Part shown: piece after piece, positions 58,942 through 64,000 of the stretch
How the letters are laid out: every line of letters starts with the position of its first letter
How positions within the stretch are numbered: position 1 is the first letter of the stretch
Assembly: GCA_046328905.1 (NCBI GenBank)
Contig: JAXLVP010000001.1
Coordinates: 3,175,541 to 3,239,540, forward strand
Length of the DNA: 64,000 bases
Direction: 5' to 3'
DNA from: Bdellovibrionota bacterium
GTDB taxonomy: Bacteria; Bdellovibrionota_C; UBA2361; SZUA-149; CAZDWZ01
Notes under the pieces: generated by a model
What the model was told of the DNA's origin: nothing
The model's input: only the letters and a program-made list of their open reading frames with translations
The model's database searches: none
Translations under genes and position numbers: made by a program

Positions 58942-59092
58942 AATATCGTGTCCGCTCGATATCGTGTGCTCTGAGGACTCGATATGGGGACAGTGTAAGT
59001 TGAATATCGTGTGCTCTGAGGACTCGATATCGGGGACAGTGCGTTGAATATCGTGTCCTCTGAGGACTCGATATATTGAGGACGAGTTACGA
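58942..59092 (+). repeat. tandem array (about 3.5 copies, 44-bp period) of a palindromic repeat element
   Basis: Units GAATATCGTGTGCTCTGAGGACTCGATAT + CGGGGACAGTG(yr) repeat with 1-2 mismatches. The core forms a 13-bp stem hairpin (ATATCGTGTCCTC / GAGGACTCGATAT). Confidence 0.7.
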
Positions 59093-59424
59093 TGTCGCCG
59101 GGGTGAGGCCAGCCAAGCCCTTGAGGCTACTCTGTCGATCACAGGCAAATTGACCATCCCGGGCTTCACAGCTATAAAAGCGCAGCTTTCAGTGTTCTTT
59201 TATAGATCCCCTCGATTGAGAAGAGCAGTTTCCTGTACTCGGCTGGCTCGTTCCGCTAGCCGGGTGCATGAGTTGTCCTACTGTTTTTTTGAAGGAGAGA
59301 TGGGCGACCACTAAGACTCGCCATCTGTACGCTTCTTTGTTGGGCGAGCCGGAATTGTCTTCGGCTCCCATACCCTGTCTCCGATCGCTTCGCTGAAGAG
59401 ATCATCACTCCTAGGAACTAAACC

Positions 59425-60936
59425 ATGGTGTCCTCTACTCTTGACGCTCCGGAACTCGCTGTACCGGACGCGGCTCTGACTGTCGCTCAACGTTTTCTTA
59501 AGCAATCTGTAATTCCGGCTCTGGTCGGTGGAAAGCCCGAGCTCGGTTCGTACAGCGGAACTTTTAAAGTCTTCGATCCGGGAAATACCTCGGAACCGAT
59601 CGCCACCGTCGCGCTGATGGATGGTGCCGACGTTAATCGTGCCGCGGAACAGGCGCTTAAAGCATTTCAGAAGACTGATTGGGCGCGCATGACGCCGTCG
59701 AAACGGTCGGAGCTGCTGCATCGATATGCCGACAAGATTCACGAGCTGCGTGAAGTCGTCGCAGCGCTCGAGACGCTGGAGGCAGGCAAGATCTACGAGC
59801 AGTCGCTGGGTTGCGTCGACAACTGCGTCACAACGCTCCGCTACTATGCGGATCTCGCCGCCAATTTCGGTTGGACCTCACCGGTGGAAGGCTGTGAAGT
59901 TGCGCATTACGCGCACTACCAGCCATCGGGCGTGTGCGGTCTGATCATTCCGTGGAACTTCCCGGTTATACTTTACGGATGGGGAGTCGCGCCGGCGCTT
60001 GCCGCTGGTAACACGGTGGTCATTAAGCCCGCAGAAAACACTCCGATTGCGACGCTCTACCTCGCGAGCCTCGCCAGCCAAGCCGGAATTCCGGACGGGG
60101 TGATCAACGTGGTTCCTGGCTTCGGCCGGGATGCAGGCGCGGCGTTGGCGGCCAATCCGAATCTCGGTCACATGCGATTCACGGGCAGCCCGGGAGTTGC
60201 AGCGGCCGTCGGAATGGCATGTGCGCAGAACCATGTCCCATTCGCGAGCGAAGCAGGCGGGAAAGGTGCGGCCTATGTCGCGGAAGATGCGGATGTGGAA
60301 GCTGCTGCCAAGAACTTGGCCGCCGCGATCACATTCCACGCCGGACAGGTCTGTTGTACGGCAACACGCATCGTGCTGCATCGCAGCGTGGCGGACGCGT
60401 TCCTCGACAAATATCTTACGGCGGTGAAAACCGTGAAAATCGGTCATCCGATGCACAAAGGCACCGAGATGGGACCGCTGGTGAGTGAGGTGCAACGCCA
60501 ACGCGTGTTGGGCTATGTCAACCGAATCCGTCCGCGCGGCAACTTCCTGCTCGAAGGCGCCGCCGTCGAATCTGCCGAAGGGATGCCCGGCTGCTATGTC
60601 TCGCCGTGTATCTTCGAAGCGCCGGTCGACCACGCCGCCAACCAAGAAGAGATCTTCGGACCCATGGCCGGCGTCCTCCGTGTCGGCAGCGACGAGGAAG
60701 CGACACGTGTCGTGAACTCGTCCAAGTATGGTCTGTCGAATTCGATCTTCACCGCAGATCCCGAACGCTACCTGGCCCTCGCGAAAGCGCAACGTGTCGG
60801 AAACGTCTGGCACAACGCACACAACGTCTTCGCACCGGGCCTGCACTACGGGGGCGTAGGCATCTCCGGTAACGCCGGCGTGAATTCGATCGACACGATG
60901 CTGCAGACCTGCCTGCGTTCGTCGATCATGGCGTAG
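59425..60936 (+). CDS. aldehyde dehydrogenase family protein
   Basis: GQVCCTATRIVLH catalytic Cys region, the EAGGKG variant of ELGGKS, PWNFPV, and VIKPAENTP. Confidence 0.85.
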   Translation: MVSSTLDAPELAVPDAALTVAQRFLKQSVIPALVGGKPELGSYSGTFKVFDPGNTSEPIATVALMDGADVNRAAEQALKAFQKTDWARMTPSKRSELLHRYADKIHELREVVAALETLEAGKIYEQSLGCVDNCVTTLRYYADLAANFGWTSPVEGCEVAHYAHYQPSGVCGLIIPWNFPVILYGWGVAPALAAGNTVVIKPAENTPIATLYLASLASQAGIPDGVINVVPGFGRDAGAALAANPNLGHMRFTGSPGVAAAVGMACAQNHVPFASEAGGKGAAYVAEDADVEAAAKNLAAAITFHAGQVCCTATRIVLHRSVADAFLDKYLTAVKTVKIGHPMHKGTEMGPLVSEVQRQRVLGYVNRIRPRGNFLLEGAAVESAEGMPGCYVSPCIFEAPVDHAANQEEIFGPMAGVLRVGSDEEATRVVNSSKYGLSNSIFTADPERYLALAKAQRVGNVWHNAHNVFAPGLHYGGVGISGNAGVNSIDTMLQTCLRSSIMA

Positions 60937-61304
60937 AGGTTTTGTCAGAAGACGTCGATTCGTCTGTGTTAACGAAGAGAGGAGGTGACTTGCTCTTTTT
61001 CCGGCGCAGCGAGTCCGAACAGGTTTTTGTTCAACTCACTGCGCCGATACTTTTCATGCCATGCGAGCGTCGGGCCTCCTGCGGTGTGTCGTCAGCGACC
61101 GCCGAGTGACCTCAGATGCAGAACCGGAAATCGCGCCTCGTCGCTCGGTATCCACTCCTCCGTTCGTCCTTGAGCGACAGATCTCTCGCTTGAACCGGTA
61201 TCTCAACGACTCCGTCTCGAATTCTCCCAAATTTCACCGAACCCGCAAACCCAGTTCATCTCGAAACGCTACGCTGAAACCTCAATTGATGGGGGTGCAG
61301 AACA

Positions 61305-62690
61305 ATGGCTATTTCTTTGAATTCCTTAGCGGTGAGACTTGTCGCCGTAGCGATGCTTGGTAAGGCGGGCGGCGTCGCACTCAATTATTACGATGCCATG
61401 CGGAGCTCCGACCGATGCTTCTCGGTAGAGAGTCCGGATGCGCGCTTTGTAATTGAGACTTTTCCGGATTTCAGGGTGTTCGCGATGCCGGGTGATGGCG
61501 GCTGTCACGACAGTTCATCAACACTCCGACTCCGGACGGCTAGCGGAAAACTGATCCACGAACAGCACGCTGAAACATTTGACCTTCGAGTGCAGTGGGA
61601 GACGGAATATGACGCAGTTCGTGTGCCCTATTCCGATGGGGTGGACAAGTTTGAATGGTGGCTGTGGAACCGGCCAGAGGATTCGGCGAAACCGGCTGAC
61701 TACGTCCAGCGCCGTCTCAATATGATGGTTGAGAACGCCGACCTTTCGTCCATCAAGCGCATGCTACGCGACGGAGCCAAGCTCGACGCGGTCGATCAAG
61801 AAGGCAAGCTCCCGCTCGTTCTTGCTGCCGGCAGCGGGGACGAGAACCTCGTGAAACGTCTGCTGGACGCCGGTGCGAACGTGAATCAAGCGGATGGTTT
61901 TGGGAGCACCGCACTCCACTGGTCTCGCTCCGATAATGGGAATTTCGGTGTGTCAAGGATTACGAAGCTTCTCGTTGAGGCCGGCGCTGCTGTCAACGCA
62001 CGTGATCATTTCGGACAAACACCGCTCGCGAGCGGATTCCGCAACCTTGAAGAGGTTACTTACTTGGTGGACCATGGTGCTGATGTGACGGCTGTGAGCA
62101 AAGACGGCACTCCGGTCATCGCATCTTACTGTTCCGATCCAAAAGTCTTTTCTTTCCTGCTTCAGAAGGGAGCGAAAGTCGACTTCCACGCGCCTTGGGT
62201 GACCCCGACGGTTTATCAGCTAGCGCTCGGAGGCAAAACCGATAGGCTCCGTTATTTCGAAAGTCAGGGTGCAGATATACAGACGGCGCTCTCGATGCGG
62301 AATGAGCTCGTGCCGCTCGCCGAAGCAATTCGAGCGGCAAATTTCGGAATGGTCGTTTTCCTAATCGAGCACCACGCAGACCTGAACGAGCTGGACCCGA
62401 CCAGCGGTAAGCGAATTTGGGAGCTGCTCGATGACGTTCGGAAGGAGAATCGAGAGACACCGGAAGAGTGCAGGGCCTCGAAGACTCAAGTTGCTTTCGA
62501 TTGCGATTTCGAGACTAGGCTCGAACGGATTGCAAAGTTTGTAAGCGAACACGGCCAGCGGAGACGCGGGCAAAGTGTGACGCGAAAGGCGGAGCGGGGA
62601 ACCAAAGGGCAAGTCTCGGGTGAAAAAGGTGCGAACGCAGCTTCAGGCGGGCATGGGTCTTCAGCGCCGATGGTGACGCTGCTTAGCTAA
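61305..62690 (+). CDS. ankyrin-repeat protein with unique N-domain and basic C-terminal tail
   Basis: At least 5 ankyrin repeats from about residue 140 (G-x-LPLVLAAGSGDENLVKRLLDAGANVNQADGFGSTALHW, then GQTPLASG...). N-terminal 130 aa has no match. C-terminus is K/R/G-rich. Confidence 0.72.
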   Translation: MAISLNSLAVRLVAVAMLGKAGGVALNYYDAMRSSDRCFSVESPDARFVIETFPDFRVFAMPGDGGCHDSSSTLRLRTASGKLIHEQHAETFDLRVQWETEYDAVRVPYSDGVDKFEWWLWNRPEDSAKPADYVQRRLNMMVENADLSSIKRMLRDGAKLDAVDQEGKLPLVLAAGSGDENLVKRLLDAGANVNQADGFGSTALHWSRSDNGNFGVSRITKLLVEAGAAVNARDHFGQTPLASGFRNLEEVTYLVDHGADVTAVSKDGTPVIASYCSDPKVFSFLLQKGAKVDFHAPWVTPTVYQLALGGKTDRLRYFESQGADIQTALSMRNELVPLAEAIRAANFGMVVFLIEHHADLNELDPTSGKRIWELLDDVRKENRETPEECRASKTQVAFDCDFETRLERIAKFVSEHGQRRRGQSVTRKAERGTKGQVSGEKGANAASGGHGSSAPMVTLLS

Positions 62691-62867
62691 CGACCGCGGA
62701 AGCGATGCGGCATATCGTGACTTCTAGGACGGATGTCGCCGGGAGATATCTCGGCGAGCGATGGTAACTACGGTCGGCCATCAAGGCATGAATGTGTCTT
62801 CTCTTCGAACGAGGCACGTCGAGCAAGGCGTAAATCCTGCCCGCCAACGGAGGTGGCTGCAGCGAAG

Positions 62868-62990
62868 TATATCGCGTATATCAAGTCACGTGTATCCCGC
62901 GTCCTCGGAAGATGCGATATCGGCGACGGTGACCCCGAGCGGCTAACAGACTGCCGAGGCCTATCGTATCCTCTGAGGAGCCGATATGGT
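62868..62990 (+). repeat. two degenerate copies of the palindromic repeat element family
   Basis: TATATCGCGTATATC...GCGATATCGGCGACGGTG and CCTATCGTATCCTCTGAGGAGCCGATATGG lie between the ankyrin gene and the Phd-like gene. Confidence 0.5.
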
Positions 62991-63137
62991 CGCGGCTGTT
63001 TAGCTGTGCGTTAGAGTCAAATAAGAAACTGAATCAATGCGGAAGCTTCCACGGGGATAGGTAAAAACGGAAGCCGAGCTCGCGACGATAACCATGTGTG
63101 TAGAACAGCAACTTCTCGCGAGAAGAGGACCTACACC

Positions 63138-63353
63138 ATGTTTCGAACAGATCAAATCGTCACATCGACGCAACTGATCCGCCACTTTCGCGCACTAGCA
63201 AGACGGATCGAGAAAACGCACGAGCCGCTTCTAATTTCGCAAAGGAATAGCCAATTTCTTGTGATACTAGAGGCGGGAATCTTCGAGAACCTGTTGGTCG
63301 CGCAGTACCAACCAGACTTCGACTACACTATCCCAGGAGCGAAAGTAGACTGA
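63138..63353 (+). CDS. Phd/YefM-like type II antitoxin (orphan)
   Basis: MFRTDQIVTSTQLIRHFRALARRIEKTHEPLLISQRNSQFLVILEAGIFENLL follows the Phd/YefM N-terminal pattern. No toxin gene follows. Confidence 0.5.
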   Translation: MFRTDQIVTSTQLIRHFRALARRIEKTHEPLLISQRNSQFLVILEAGIFENLLVAQYQPDFDYTIPGAKVD

Positions 63354-63396
63354 TTAGTGTATGCTTTCGAAGCGTATGTTTTTGGAAAGTCCTTCA

Positions 63397-63424
63397 TCGG
63401 GTCCTCTGAGGATACGATATCCGG
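63397..63424 (+). repeat. inverted-orientation copy of the palindromic repeat element
   Basis: TCGGGTCCTCTGAGGATACGATATCCGG is the near reverse complement of the 62960-62990 copy. Confidence 0.5.
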
Positions 63425-63464
63425 ACGCGCTTGGCGCTCAACTTAACCGTTCTTCGGTGAATGA

Positions 63465-63884
63465 ATGCGGCCTTTGATTCTCGGTACAATAATAATTGCC
63501 CTTACCGCGGTCTGCGCTTTTCTCCTTACGTACGCACGGCCGGATCTATTCCCTCTCGAATGGGCAGTTCCCACAGCATTTACGTACGTCGCGCAGTTTG
63601 CATTGCTGCTGGTAATGCTTCATCGGCGCGGCAAACACGCAGACGTCGCGCAAAAACGGAAATTTGTGGAAGCTTTCTTGTCCAAAAAAAGAGCTGCGCC
63701 CGGTTGGCTGGATGAGTTTCTGGTGTTTGGCGTTTTCTTAGTGCTGGGTGTGCTTGCTGGGACGATCTCCGGGACCGTCTGGTGGGCAGTCGGTGGTCAC
63801 ACAATCCGAAGTTTCAGGGACGCCCTGGTGATTGGAGCGATTTCTGGTGGCGGCGCAATGATACTCTTATTTGGCGGTGCATAG
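63465..63884 (+). CDS. hypothetical membrane protein
   Basis: 139 aa with 4 hydrophobic helices. Confidence 0.5.
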   Translation: MRPLILGTIIIALTAVCAFLLTYARPDLFPLEWAVPTAFTYVAQFALLLVMLHRRGKHADVAQKRKFVEAFLSKKRAAPGWLDEFLVFGVFLVLGVLAGTISGTVWWAVGGHTIRSFRDALVIGAISGGGAMILLFGGA

Positions 63885-64000
63885 AAAGCACCGTAAAGCG
63901 GGTGCTAGAACGTGACGCGATGACAGCCCCGAGGTTAGTAGATCGCCCCGGGCGCGTTCATGAAACCAAGATTATCCCGCTTGAACATTGCACTCCCTCA

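Noticed and set aside
58942-59092. CRISPR array
   Set aside because: Repeat units are 28 bp but the intervening spacers are only 15-16 nt and nearly identical to each other (GGGGACAGTG..). There are no cas genes. This is a tandem direct repeat, not a CRISPR.
58900-63430. Integron cassette array (repeats as attC sites)
   Set aside because: No integron integrase and no GTTRRRY / RYYYAAC core sites. The elements are not present between every gene. A REP-like element or operator explanation is simpler.

Overview
This is a 64-kb stretch of a moderately GC-rich (about 58%) bacterial chromosome, gene-dense on both strands. I call roughly 62 protein-coding genes. I found no rRNA, no convincing tRNA, no CRISPR array, and no transposase or integrase. 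The protein repertoire suggests an Acidobacteriota-like soil bacterium; this is inferred from family membership only (SBBP beta-propeller repeat protein, carboxypeptidase-regulatory-like lipoprotein, HTTM-like membrane protein, many Pro/Thr-rich secreted proteins). Families I recognise with reasonable confidence are: an FkbM methyltransferase + GT-C membrane glycosyltransferase + GT2 polyprenol-phosphate glycosyltransferase triad (1.9-5.8 kb); tRNA 2-selenouridine synthase SelU/MnmH; Hsp33; an EEP-family nuclease/phosphatase; DUF2071; a cyclase; Gfo/Idh/MocA; cytochrome c; SAM methyltransferase; amidohydrolase; TauE/SafE; SPFH/band-7; a secreted alpha/beta hydrolase; a MarR-GNAT fusion; DUF2000; a formyltransferase; a RibD_C reductase; GH5; PNPOx-like; DinB; an SRPBCC/ArsR pair; a radical SAM/SPASM enzyme; an AhpD-like/AraC pair; DUF1428; VOC; aldehyde dehydrogenase; an ankyrin-repeat protein; and a Phd/YefM-like antitoxin. 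About one third of the CDS are unclassifiable hypotheticals. The observations that most deserve a second look are: (i) a 564-aa protein built from tandem roughly 12-residue Cys-x2-Cys repeats, followed by two unknown genes (37.3-40.5 kb); (ii) an apparently orphan radical SAM/SPASM peptide-maturase-like gene behind a terminator and a secreted Lys/Glu-rich mini-protein (51.8-53.7 kb); (iii) a family of palindromic repeat elements (ATATCG-N-GTCCTC-N-GAGGAC-N-CGATAT with a GGGGACAGTG-like tail). These occur as a 44-bp tandem array upstream of the aldehyde dehydrogenase gene, in the MarR-GNAT / Cys-rich-gene intergenic region, and flanking the Phd gene; (iv) an 830-aa proline-rich degenerate-repeat protein with a Cys-rich N-terminus and a coiled-coil C-terminus; (v) a 577-bp structured noncoding leader that ends in an intrinsic terminator abutting the ribosome-binding site of the SPFH gene. 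All assignments rest on by-eye motif recognition and need HMM or BLAST confirmation.
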